From: Dicyema japonicum
Taxonomy: Eukaryota > Animalia > Dicyemida
NCBI GenBank assembly: GCA_011109175.1
Contig: RDEW01000070.1
Location: forward strand, 1-64,000
Length of the DNA stretch: 64,000 bases
Direction: 5' to 3'
Shown here piece by piece: positions 51,602-63,810 of this stretch. The position numbers and the translations under genes were made by a program. The notes beneath the pieces were generated by a model, which did not search any database, was not told where the DNA came from, and saw only the letters and a list, made by a program, of their open reading frames with translations. How positions within the stretch are numbered: position 1 is the stretch's first letter; every line of letters starts with the position of its first letter.

Positions 51602-54025
51602 TCAATCATTGGCTCTATTCAAGTACAATTTAAGAGCAAAGAACGCCAGAATCCTAAACAACACACACATCACGCAGAGAACTGCAAAGTTAGTGAAATA
51701 ATCCATATCCAAAGCATCCATATTCAGCAACACATCATGGCCAGTCGGAAACATGCACCTTTGAGGAATAGCACAACCCAGTTTTCCCCTTTCCATCCCA
51801 TAAATAGTCTCAATCATCCCCAAGAACCCATATCTACCATAACTCTTCAAAACCCACCTTACTATCGATAAGTAGGAAATCCAGCGAAGATATACCGGAA
51901 TTGAGTTCAACGGAATAAAATACCCGGAAAACAGCAACATCGGCGTCGTCATAACTGGAGCTAGGAAGACGCCTGACTAAAACTACAACCAGACACCACC
52001 TCCATTGAACAGCCCGCCCCAATGAGGAGGCCCAGAGACTGAGAGACCAGCCCAGTGAGCACACATATCGTCAAGTATAGTATAAAGTTCATCCCCTTGT
52101 TGGGCTGCCCACTCATCCAGTAAATCAATGTCCCGTACATTACCGGTAAAATAATCTACCATCACCACGGAAAAACCTGCAATGGAGTATCCGCTAATGT
52201 TTTGGCCATGAAGTAGCTAAAAAGTCGGTACCACGAGTTCAGTTGTTCTCTAACCAATATCTCTCGTTCGACGGGGACTAAGGTTACATCTTGGTTTACA
52301 TGAAAGCACGGTAGGCATGATTGAGAGGTACATGACAAACATAATCGAAAGAAACTGGAGAGCCAAGTTCATCAGCACTGAGTCGTCTTTCGGTCCCACA
52401 TTCAAGTATAGGAGACCAATGATCACTCCTAGGCCAAGATGGGAGATTAGTCGAAGTCTAGTCAGGGACTAGGTTTAGTACAAGGTTTACCGAGTCTCTA
52501 AGTGTGCACTTTGAAGTGCGGATGAGGAGGACGTAAAACTGATATAAGAACGACGTCGAGAAGTGCCTCACATTTCTCTGATTGTTAGTAAGCAGTGTAC
52601 TTGGTAGTAATGATTGGCATCGTTGGAACGCTGATTCTGATTCTTCCTGGCAAGTTCGCTTTTTGAGACTAAAATAAATAATTAAAAAAATTAATATTTG
52701 TTCAAAATATAATTTTGATATATTTCAATAAAATAATAATTTAAATTACCCAATTCGTAAGATACGTCTTCGTTAGTTTTAATCAAAGCATTCGTGGGAC
52801 CGCACTCGCCGGTAGCGATTTCAATCACTATAAATATGACAAAAACTCAAACTGTAGTCAGCCATGTTATAATTCTTAGGACAATCAAACCCAAGTGCAA
52901 TAAGATGTTCATCTAGACATGAATTAGGGCCATTATAGAGACATCGACCATTCGCTAGCAAAATGATCTTAAATAGTTATTCAGCCAAACATTGTCGAAC
53001 AACAGAAACGGCTTGGTGCTTGGTTGGTGGATGGTGCAGATTATAGTGTGGCCCAAGTCAGCCAGATATTTCAGCAATTTAACGCATTGGTACGTGGAAG
53101 AGCTGTCGAGGCCGCTTGGTATTATTCGAACGATAAACCTGGTTGGTTCGTCAAGGAAAAGCACGGCGGGATCGGATATGAGTTCTTGGGCGATAGCCAG
53201 GCGCTTTCGCTGTCCACCCGACAGGTTCCCGGCTGAGACTTGTAAGCATGGCTTCAGCCCCAGGGATTCAACAACGTCCATCACCTTTCTAGTCAAAAAC
53301 GAAAGAAAACTCTTGCATATTTGTTGGCGTCAGAAATGTGTTCGGAAAGCTTTAGTTTTGCGGCGAACATCATCGACTCGAGGACTGTTAGATTCACGTG
53401 GAGTTTGTCTTGCTGCATAATGTATGATGAGAGGGACTTGAAATTCCTCAGGTTTCGAGGTCTTCCATTTATGAGGATTTCTCCACCTGCGACTTGTGAC
53501 CTTTTATCAGTTAAATGCCTACTTGTAGCCAGAAAGTATGTTCATTAGGGAGGATTTGCCTGCTCCTGAAGGACCCATGATAACTGTTATTTTCCCGTGT
53601 TCTATCATCCCGCTCATTGGGAATAATATTGTCTTGTTTGCTAAATGTAGTTAGAATTCGATTGATTTAGTGAAAATAAGCAAAATAATGCTTAAAGATT
53701 ATGTTTCAGTAAAAATATCAAAGAAAATTAATTATTTTTCCCGCATAAAGTTTATTTAAATTTATAAAAAATAAGTTTAGTGATAAATAATTTAAATAAT
53801 ACAAAAATGTTTAATTGATAAATCTGAAATCAAAATTATAAGTTTGATGAATGATAATAACTTACAATCTCCTTTGCGAACCACATAACTGAGATTATGA
53901 TAGGCAATATCCACAGTTTTGAGAGGCGTACTTTCATTCTGTCTGCAATATAATCGGGCATGACTGTAGCATTAGAGAGATTATTACTCTTCATTATAGA
54001 CTTCGATCTGAAGGGAGGAATTCAT
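51602..54025 (-). CDS. ABCG half-transporter (White/ABCG1/ABCG4-like), intact, 14 introns, 612 aa by hand splicing
   Basis: Walker A GPSGAGKS, signature LSGGQRKR, Walker B LFLDEPTSGLD, H-loop CTIHQP and ABC2 membrane domain (MPTVLSFP..E..RE..N.WY). Introns: 53964-53987, 53641-53865, 53501-53522, 53285-53310, 53115-53138, 52968-52990, 52828-52852, 52669-52749, 52578-52600, 52469-52490, 52278-52299, 52156-52176, 51977-51999 and 51834-51857. Removing them leaves 1839 nt in one open frame. Confidence 0.95.
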
Positions 54026-54098
54026 CAGTAATCAATACTAAAATATTTTTATTATCAATAAAAGTTATATTTATTGGAAATGAAAAAAGTGAGACATA

Positions 54099-54278
54099 AT
54101 GGCGAAAAATGGTTTTAATATTATAATGAAGGAAGGTTAAACGATAAGTTAGTAATATAAGGGTTTAAGGATAGCAAGAACTAACCGTAAAACAGACGCA
54201 CGACAATCTACTTTTAAATTTTTTAAATTTTATTGTATTAATTTAATTATTAAATTGATCAATTATATATATTTATAA
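54099..54278 (+). CDS. Possible tiny spliced gene transcribed divergently from ABCG
   Basis: ATG plus two GT-AAG candidate introns (54112-54131, 20 nt; 54148-54169, 22 nt) gives MAKNGRLNDKIARTNRKTDARQSTF.... No recognisable homology. Confidence 0.25.
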
Positions 54279-54899
54279 TTAACAATTGTTATTAAATATA
54301 AAAATCTAATTTTTGACTTTTTCCTAAAAAATTGGAATTGAGATGATTTTTGGGTGCCAAGAATTGGCCAATATGGAGGGTTCTAACTTTCGACTTTATT
54401 AGGATGCTTCGAAAGAGGGTCTTGACTAGAATATTTTCAAAGTACGCATAAGTAACCTTGTGAACACTTAGAACCTGAATCAAACCAATAAATTCTAACT
54501 CAACAAAACTGACTGAAAATGATAACTAATTTATGAAGATTTAAAGAATGCATAATTGAAAATTCCCAACGCTCGAGATATTATTCAGGACTACTTAATA
54601 CTGCAACAGAAAAATTATTTGCAATAAAAAATCAATCAATAAATTAGTAAGCACCTCTCACAATTAAAACCTAACCAAGATATTGCGAAGTAATGACTAA
54701 AAAACGTAACAAAATCTTGAAATTATAAGCAAATCACATTAACTGTTTTCTCAAAGCTGAAACTTTTCAAAGATCTTCACGGTTCTTCCCTCTTCATTCA
54801 ACTTGACCTAATAATGTATTTTAAAATTTCAGCAAATGTCGATGACTCTTAAAAACTCGTTTTAACTCTTTAATAAGACGTCCCAAAAGCTCTTGAGCA

Positions 54900-55170
54900 A
54901 ATGGATCAATAGCATAGTTGTTAGATGCATTCCCGCGTTACCTATAAGCATGTGTATCTTAGAACTCTGCCTGTTCTGTGCTCTGCACTATCTGTTCTAC
55001 CAGTTTTCTCCATGTAGTTTTCTCTATGTAACTTTCCACCTCGATTCATGCATAAGGTATCCTGTTCAGTGTTCGAAGCGAGTCCTTTGACGTTTAAAGT
55101 TGCAGTTGTAAAGGAGTAGAATTGACAGACGTAGAGTTCGATAGACATAGACATTAGAGAGGTGTTACCC
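54900..55170 (-). mobile_element. LINE endonuclease N-terminal fragment (RTE-like)
   Basis: FTTATLNVKGL resembles the first APE motif (xxLNVxGL). Degenerate afterwards. Confidence 0.4.
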
Positions 55171-58114
55171 ACTCAACCAACATAAAACATTATTAGAATC
55201 ACTTTAACCAATACACACACGTGTGGTGTACATCGTTGATTAAAATTTAACACTATTTGGAGAATTGAGGTTTTCAAATTTCTTCTATCTTGGGGATCTG
55301 GCCACGTGATTCATATCGTCAAATTAATCTCCAAAATCACATTTTAATGATAATATAAAAAATCAAAATTTCTACCTCTTCTTCAAGAACCCACGTGGTT
55401 GCTTGAATTAACTGGCGATGAAATTACCAGCGATGTAATTACCAGCGATGTATCTTACAGCTACGACCTAGAACCGGCTTACAATCTTGGGTAAGCCAAG
55501 CACAAACAGTCACAGCTAATTGATCCAAGGAAGGAAAATAAGGGAGAACGTATGCTTATGCCTACCAAATGCATCTTCCAATAGTCCATTGCAGGCTTCT
55601 ACTTCAGAATAGAGGTGAAGAAGTAGGTTTGCCCTTTTCCATTTTTATCATAAGTCCAACCGTCGCGGACATTACGTCATCATTTAGTAGGAGAGTTTTC
55701 ATAATGGATAATCTTCACCAGTGGATTTTGCTCATGGAAGGTAGGAAGATCCCTTCAACAACTGTGTCGTGCCAGAAGGACTCGCCGTCTCACGGGTGGG
55801 ATCTGTTTTGACGAGAATTGACCTTCGCTGAAAACTCCATCTTTTGGATTTGAACCCATGTCATGTCCGATATCATTTATTCACTCCGGGTCCCTTCGAC
55901 TAAAAGAAACCTGTGGCTAACAAAAACGTTGCAGTTATGAGCGGACGCTCCTAGAGACCTGACAGGTATATTTGGTTCTGTAGAAAATTAGGAGGTGGAC
56001 ACGGACAAGAGAAGAAATGACCGGTCTTTTGTCATCAAGAAAGCACGATAGGCATAGTGGAGAAGACGATTGTCCAATGGTGTACAGATATGAATGTTTT
56101 TTAAGTGATAACCACAACTTAGGCGCGCCAAGTGGAAACGAACTTTCCGCAGTAGGGAAGCTTGTAAAATCCGAATTTGATCACCAGGAGTAGGAATAAT
56201 TTTTTTGAGACCCAAAAGCAGTGAGTTGGATGTCCTAGCGTTTTACACTTGTCAAGGAATTTGATATCATCAGACTCAGAAAGCCTAAAGGAAATTTTGG
56301 AACTACTGACTTTTTTGGGGTTTGCCCGGCACTCGTTACACTGTGTCGAATCTTTATATCACGTTATTAATGTAAGTCTTAAGGAAAATCGTCTCACGTC
56401 GGTGGATCAATTTTTTAATTATTTATTCTGGACAGACGGCTCATTAGAGTATAACCTAACAAGTTAGCAGTCAAAATGAAATGAAAAATTCCAAAGACCA
56501 CGGTTTCAACTAACTAACCCATACCTTGAGTTGATTTAAAAGTTTTTTTCACTGACTCTCTCTACTGAAGTAACGTAGTCATGCTTCGTCGTTGATCGAA
56601 AAATCACGGAGAAAGAGCAAGAATTACGTCTTTTATCATAGAGAACAAATTGTAGACATAAATCGTTGAAGAATTGAAAATTTTAACTTTGAACTTAATC
56701 GAAGATTACTTTACAAAAATTTTGGTTCTGGAACATCTGCTGATCTAACAGAGAATTACAAATCTGGTTGAGTCAAACATAAAAATGGCAGATATCGAAA
56801 ATGCATTAGCTTTTGTCGGAAACTAGTTTCATAAAACGATCAAGTACTCATCAAATTAAAAGTTCCCAAGGTGTGATTGGCTCTTAATTTTTTTCTAAAA
56901 AGTTCGCTTGTCTACATGATTTAATATTCACTGACATGCTTAGAATTGTTAATGGAGAATATTTCCATGAAATTGGGTTTTTCACTGATATTCCCCCAAG
57001 TGTGATATTCCAGTCACCAAAGGACATTCAGCTTACATGTATGTGGGCTTGACCAAATGTATCAATACAATGCAGTTTATGTGAATGCAGTTAGTTTTTT
57101 CTCTAAGATTCATATGAGAACAGCATACGCTAAAGAACAGCGTCTTTAATAAATCTCTCAATACAGTAAATGGAGATGGCTTATATGCTCTATGGATCGA
57201 GGTCACAAACTCATTTGAATCTGCCGATCACGACTTTTTAATTAGAATGCTTGTAAAGCCCGACATCCTTAAATGAATTTTTTTAATCAAAGAATGCTTT
57301 TCTCTAAGACATATTTCAAATAATAAAAATAATTTTAAAATTCAAAATCAGAGGGAGATTTTTCAAAGAGATTGTCTTTCTCCTAGTTACTCTTAAGAAA
57401 TTCCAGGAAATATTTTCGAAATGCAGTGGGAGTACTGACATACCACCAGAGGAAGGCTCGGCGGTTACTATAAGCTTTAATCGCTTAATTAGTTGTTTTT
57501 AGCATTAAGCATATTTTACTTATTGGTCGATAGCTCAATGAATCCTTCACCATTACGATAATTGAAAATTCAAATCGTGTGGGAACTATTCAAATTTTAA
57601 AATAATACCAAACAAACTTCAGAGACCCCAAAAGAAGCTTTCTGGTGCCACTTTATAGATTTCCATTTACAATGGGTTTATATATTTGGAATTTTAGTAG
57701 AAGGTGTTGTAAAATGTCATTTTTAGATATAAAGCTTTTTATACGTTAATTTGCGCATTTTTTGATAATTAGGAAAGAAAAGAGAACAAATGGTCATATA
57801 GAGGCTGCCGTGACTGCGTGGCTATTCCCTCTCCGGATGGTGAGCGAGATTGCTCAAATAACCGGCAGCGCTCACGAAGGTCTCCTAATCTTGTGGAAGA
57901 TCTCCTGACCTTTTGTTGGTTATGTCCCTTATAGACAATCCGGTACCGCAGTGAGATGTTCAATTTCAGTGCAGTAGATTTTCCTTCTGACAGCTTTAAT
58001 CCTTGGAGACTGCAAGAGTCTCTTATCTCTTCCATATAAACACTGAACCACATGAGACAACATGAAAAATAAAATCACGAATTTATTATTAATTATTTTA
58101 TTTTATTTCAGAAA

Positions 58115-58973
58115 TTAATGATTTATTTGAATTAAATAATCTCGCTGTTTTTTCTTATTCAAAAAATAAATAGTAGCAAAAATGGCAATCCCAATAAGCA
58201 AACACGTAAATATAGGAATCAAGATAGCTCGAAGATTCAACGAAGTTTTATGTGGAATAATCGAATGAGACGTACTCGAGGCGGTAGTTTTCAGTTTAGT
58301 CGATTTTTCTTCCAAAATGGTCTTAGTATGTGGAGAACTGGGTAATTTTTTGCCTATTAATTATTATAAATATTTACGCTTTCTGATAAAATCCATAATT
58401 GTGTCGTTGCGGAAAAATTGTGCTTTCAATTTGGTAAATTCAACATAAGTATTGTGCTGGAAATCAATCCTTTGTTTGTCACGACTATAATAATTTCCAA
58501 TTTCAGAAATCATATTAACACTCTGTGTGTACAAAGCAATAATTCCTAAAAGAAACTCTAAAGCGCTACCCTTGCTAGATTCAAATTGTATACTCATTTG
58601 ATATATTTGGAATGTATTTCCGACTAAATTGACATCAATATAGAGAGAATAATAGCCACTCGTCAAATAGCAGACACACAGATTTTTCGAATTGTTCAAT
58701 AACTGTAAAGTAGCCTCGTTAAACTGAATGTAACAAGCTACTAATATATATGTATGGTTACTTTATTGTTTCGCCAAAATGATAAAGTTATTATGCCGCT
58801 AAGAACTGCATAAGACTTTATGGTCGATCTGCAAAATCCACATTGGCACAGGAGAATTGTGAATTTGCATTGTATCTATCCTTATTTCTGTAATTTCTCT
58901 TATAGATATGACTATAATTAAAGATGGTGCTAAAATCAAGTGTCATCAATTAACCTAAATACTGTAGCATCAT
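58115..58973 (-). CDS. LAMP-domain-like type I membrane protein, member E (two frameshifts; may be a pseudogene)
   Basis: MWILQIDHKVL..VLSGIITLSFWRNNK|intron|...SEIGNYYSRDKQRIDFQHNTYVEFTKLKAQFFRND..|24-nt intron|S/T-rich stalk, TM AILIPIFTCLLIGIAIFATIYFL, tail KKKQRDYLIQINH. Confidence 0.65.
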
Positions 58974-59069
58974 TTATTCGAACAATGTGAATAAACTATT
59001 TTAAATATAATATTTTAATTTAATTTATAAAATCTTTATTTTAATAAATTAAAAAAATCGTTATTTTAA

Positions 59070-59500
59070 AAAATGAAACAAATTGAATATTTTTGGGAAT
59101 ATGGGGGATCAAACAGTCATATTAGGAAAAATAAACTCCTACCACAGAAATCAGCTCCGGTCGCTGACGAAAATCAGGATTCCAAAAAGATTTGTATAAA
59201 AATGATGTACGGAAAATTGAATTCACAGTCGATCGAATTGACTGTCAAAAAAGAGAGATAGAAGTTATTTGGACATATCCTAAAATGGACCAAGCAGTTC
59301 CGACAAACAATGCTATGGAAGCTTACTTCCAGATTAGTTCTGGATACCACGAACGTCCTGGCTACTATCTCACTATTGCAATTCACGATCTTGGGATTGT
59401 AAAGACGAAACTCGAAAATGCAGACGACCTAGATGTCCTTCGAAAAATCGCCTTCTGAAGGAGAGGGTAGAGGCATCTAACATCGAAGATTATCTACGGT
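59070..59500 (+). mobile_element. RTE-like LINE 3' fragment
   Basis: KMDQAVPTNNAMEAYFQ...RPG..LT..IHDLG..KTKLENADDLDVLRKIA. Confidence 0.6.
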
Positions 59501-60160
59501 GTTGCGAAAAGCCATGATGAGATAACTTTCTTTTAGTTGTGTTTTCCAAAATAATAATTTTTTTACAGGATAGTATATTTTTTTAAACAAATATTTGTCA
59601 AAAAACCTCCTTGAATTTTCAAGAAAAGAGATAGACCTTGTATGCAGTGTGATACCATCTCTCGAGTCCATAGAGGAGTGATGGAATAATCGTACGTGAA
59701 AAAATCAAATAAAAATAATTCAGTTTTGAGTTTCCTCATACATGAGATCGCATGGTGTGTTATACTCCTTTGGACCATAAAGTCGTATAACGTACTGCCA
59801 GTTATCTTGATTACAATCATCATGTTTATTTTCTTATTCAATAAGGATATTTTGATTTGGGTTTGATGACAGATTATCTTCGATGTTTTTATGCTTCTCC
59901 GTTCACGAATGATGTCAAGGATTATTAAAGCAGCACAATTAAAACTATAGTAAAACTATAATAGCTACAGCTTATTAAAAATGTTAATTCTGATGAAGTA
60001 ACTAAGATGCATATGAAAGATACAATTACGATTGAAATCAGCATATTTGTTGTAAAATAATTTTCAACTAATTTTTAAAATCGAGTTTGCCCACAATAAA
60101 GTTAAAATTCGTAAAATTATTTTTTTGAAAGATAATTGTAATTTGAGTTCAATTTAGCTA

Positions 60161-60912
60161 CCGTATTTGCCGGTGTATAAATCGACCTCGACTTATACAG
60201 AGTCATGAAATTCAATTTAGTATTCATCGCTTCAAATGTGATGGTAATCACTACACTCTTCACAAAGAAATTCTTGCAAGATCAATCTAATTATAGAAGT
60301 GAATGGTATAAATTGATAACTACGTAAACATTCAATCATTATACTTACCCATGTCTAAACAAATGAAATACTCTGCGAAGTTTGTACTGCAATTTGTAAA
60401 CTTTCAAAAAAAACAAACAACTGTGCTTCTGAAAGTTTGGCGTAAATGAGAAACTAGTTAATGATTGGAAATGCAATGCAACACAGCTAGCAGTGATGCC
60501 AAGAAACAAATGTGCTAATAGAGGGAAAAGCTGCCAGAGGCCAGCACTTGAACAAGAACGTGCATGCTGAGTCAAGGAGCAACGAAAGTGTGGGTTCGTC
60601 ACACCAGAAATATGATTCGTCTGCGAGATTTGGATTGTGCCAAACAAAGCAAGATTACTGATTTCAAAGTAACTATTAGTGATGTTCACGATTTTTAAAG
60701 TGAAATGACCTTGTGCTACGACAAAGAACTAAACTTGCTCAGAAACTGCCTAAGATTTAGAGGAAAACATAACTCTTAATTTAATTTATTGTTTTTAACT
60801 AAAAATAAATCACTTTCTAAGAGTGTTCATTGTTGTTAGTCTCTCTTGGCGCGTAGTATCACAGGGTACAAAGTAAATACAAGGGGGTCGACTAATACAC
60901 CGGCAAATACGG
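60161..60912 (+). mobile_element. Non-autonomous pogo/Tigger-type (Tc1/mariner) DNA transposon
   Basis: TIRs CCGTATTTGCCGGTGTAT.A.TCGACC (60161-) and GGTCGACTAATACACCGGCAAATACGG (-60912), each flanked by TA. The internal KFGVNEKLVNDWK..LAVMPRNKCANRG..P.LE..VKEQR is a pogo DNA-binding region. Confidence 0.9.
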
Positions 60913-61298
60913 TATGTCTTCATGCAAAGGTATACGTGACACATTGCATTGGGGAATATTGTAAATGTGATGAATCACTATGATGAATAACAAATAATTT
61001 CTTAGAATAGAGAATTGTAAAATTCAAGTTCTAAAAAACGATGAAACAAAAAAGATCACTGGGAAATGTTTACTTTAACCTATCTGGGACGATGAATGTG
61101 ACTGTTTACCTTTGGGTTACCAAATAGAACATCAATCAAAGCTTATAATATGAAACACAAATATGTCGTCAAAAAGCTAAATCTGACAACTACTGACAAT
61201 TTCATTTCTTTCATAATAATATGTGGGTTAGGAATTTCTAGTTTATTTGATATCAAGTATCTAAGGCTGCATTTATGTTCTGTCTGTCTAGTTAACCT

Positions 61299-61840
61299 AA
61301 CGAGTAGGAGAGCGTGAGGTAGTGTAGAAATCATGCATGTGGGTACTAATGGAGGTGTTCTCTAGTGGAGATCTTGATGATAATAACAAATACTCGAATG
61401 AGAACTTTGAGAGCCTATGCGGAAAAGGGTTTCTTGTGAACATTAGTTTGACATGAGTTATTAGGTCCTAAGCACGTTTAAAGTTATTTGAAATTGCTGT
61501 TTGAGGGAAAGAGAATTGGGTTAACATTTTCGAACCTGAGCTGGCTGGTTATGCGGAGAGGCTTTCGTTATAGTGTAAGAAGAGAGGCATTTCGGAAAGA
61601 GTTACTTTTCATTTAAGGTCGATTTTTCTAGAAATGGTTTAGCCAGCGAGATAGAAGTTGTTGGTCATAAAACCTTATCAGAAAGCATGGCAGTTTCTCC
61701 TATTCCGAACCATGTCGGTCGTTTCATGAAACCCATAGTGGTTTAACAGTCACTTGACTACCAATAATGGCAGCAATCTCCAAGGTTAGCAACTAATAGA
61801 TAATCGTGATCAGGGAAGTCGGCTAAATATATTAGAACTT
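61299..61840 (+). pseudogene. Decayed large-subunit (28S) rRNA fragment
   Basis: Colinear matches to conserved LSU blocks: ACGAGTAGGAG, GATCTTGATGATAATAACAAATA (canonical GATCTTGGTGGTAGTAGCAAATA), GAGAACTTTGA..GG.AAAGGGTT.C.TGTGAACA, TCTCCAAGGT and GGGAAGTCGGC. No flanking rDNA is visible. Confidence 0.75.
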
Positions 61841-62559
61841 TAGTAGATCAATAGAATGCAAACCTCGTGGTAAAGTACAAGAAGATGTTAAGCAAGCAAA
61901 AGATGGTTACTCTGGGAAAAAATGGAGTAAGTCAACAAAAAAAACGGTAATCAAAATGCTTTGTATGCTCCAGAGAATTCCACATGTCCAGCATCGGAAT
62001 GACCAAGAATATACTAAGCTATTATTTCATACTGGCAATGCCAATCATGTCTCTCTCTTGAATGAACGACTCTCTTAACTCAACGTTTTCCCTCCGATAA
62101 TATTCTTTAGATTATCCAATTCTTATTGAGCTGATCTCGAACCTGACTTATTCTCGAATACCGCTTATTAGGATCGCTTATTAGGATCCCGTGTTTGTTC
62201 AGATTATCACTTGTTTTGAAAAATCTATATTCACCGATAACCTTGAAGACAGGATATGCCTACTGTGCTTCGCCTCATGTACACTTAGTATATCCTATAG
62301 CGAAGGATAGAGAAATCAATCACATCCGGAGAATAAAAAATCATCAATAAGTTTTCTTTTAAGGGCATTAGAGTTTACATAAATGAACATGAACAACAGA
62401 AAAAAGTATATAAGAAAGAATCATTGAAGATGCCAGAGATGCGTCGATTGTGGGGCATAATACTCTCCAAATTGTCAGAAGGTGGAATCTGTTCGCCTAT
62501 GAGGATTCTCTTGATAGAACTGTATCCTGGAAACATCAGAAGAGAGTCAAAAGTTTCTC

Positions 62560-62915
62560 TTCAAATGAACCGACCCCCCCCCCAAGCGAACAAAGTATCC
62601 ACCATTCCATAGGACAAACGCCTAGTTTATTTGCATCTGTAGCGGACATAATAAGGGAATACTTTCCTTCGTTCTAAGCAGCAGGAGGAGTTGATGGACT
62701 TCGTCCCGAATATTTCAAGGACCTCATTTATAATAAAACAGGTAGCTCTGGCAACCGACTTGTCTCAACAATCACCAAACTAATGAACAGAATGCTCTCC
62801 TGGAAAATGCCAGAAACAATTCGCTACATCGTGTCCTCTGCCAAATAACTTTTGGTTAGAAGGAGGAGTCCAACCCATTCTGGTAGGTTCTGTTTTCAGT
62901 CGCTTAGCGTCAAAA
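62560..62915 (+). mobile_element. CRE-clade RT N-terminal fragment
   Basis: AAGGVDGLRPEYFKDL...TKLMNRML...GGVQPILVGSVFSRLASK. Confidence 0.75.
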
Positions 62916-63810
62916 CTACCGGGCAGGACAGTTCTCCCCGTCCTTTTCGAACACCTGATGAAGGTTGTGAAGAGATAATTCATGTTGTGTGGACGTTTGC
63001 ATGTAATCCTGTAGAATTGCTAGTCTTACTCAGTGATCGAAAGTGATGGATAATTTTTTAGAGGTCGTATTATATGTCGCCCATATAAAATTATGTTTTG
63101 TTGGACGCTAAAAATATCTATATACTAAAAAACTAGTTTTTCTGTCTGTCCAGAAAAGTTGACCAGTTTAGCACTTTGATCTATATAATAAAATACTAAA
63201 TTGACAGCGAACACAACACATTCTAATAACTAAAAAACAAATAACCTTTTTCCACTAAAATTAATAAGCGAAGTGAACTGGGCAGCATAATATTTCCTCA
63301 GGAGCTGGCGGCTGTCAGCTAGCGAACAGCACAGCCACCTCTTATAAATATAATGAATTTTTTTAACACAAAAATTAAGTAAAGTTAAACTTTGAGAGAC
63401 AGTCTAAATACAATAGGTAATGAAATAATAAGCTGAACTATTCCATTGACTCTTTCATCACTCACTCAACTCTTAGGCAGATTCCTTAGAAAGAAAGCCT
63501 TTTATTTCTTAACCATATTCTACCTTAGTGGTATCAATTGTTTTCTGGTCCTTATTCAACTTTGTTTCGAACCTTATACGGAGGGAAAACTTTATAGTGA
63601 ATAGCCTGAATTTTACATAAAAGATAATTATAAGCATTACAGTAATTTAGTTAAATATTTTGTAAAATTACTGGTAAAATTACTTTTTTTTTAATGAGAA
63701 TTAAAATCACAATTATATTAGTTCAAAGATGAAAACGAATTTAATTAAAAAAATAAATAAATAAATATTTAATTTTATTAAATTAAATTTAATAAATTCT
63801 TAATATAAAT

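Noticed and set aside
52992-53548. Plus-strand ORFs 52992-53420, 53024-53236 and 53321-53548
   Set aside because: They are antisense shadows of the GC-richer ABCG exons.
40037-54025. Alternative nuclear genetic code as the reason for short ORFs
   Set aside because: After removing micro-introns ABCG and family member A are fully open under the standard code and end in TGA and TAA. The remaining breaks are frameshifts, not reassigned stops.
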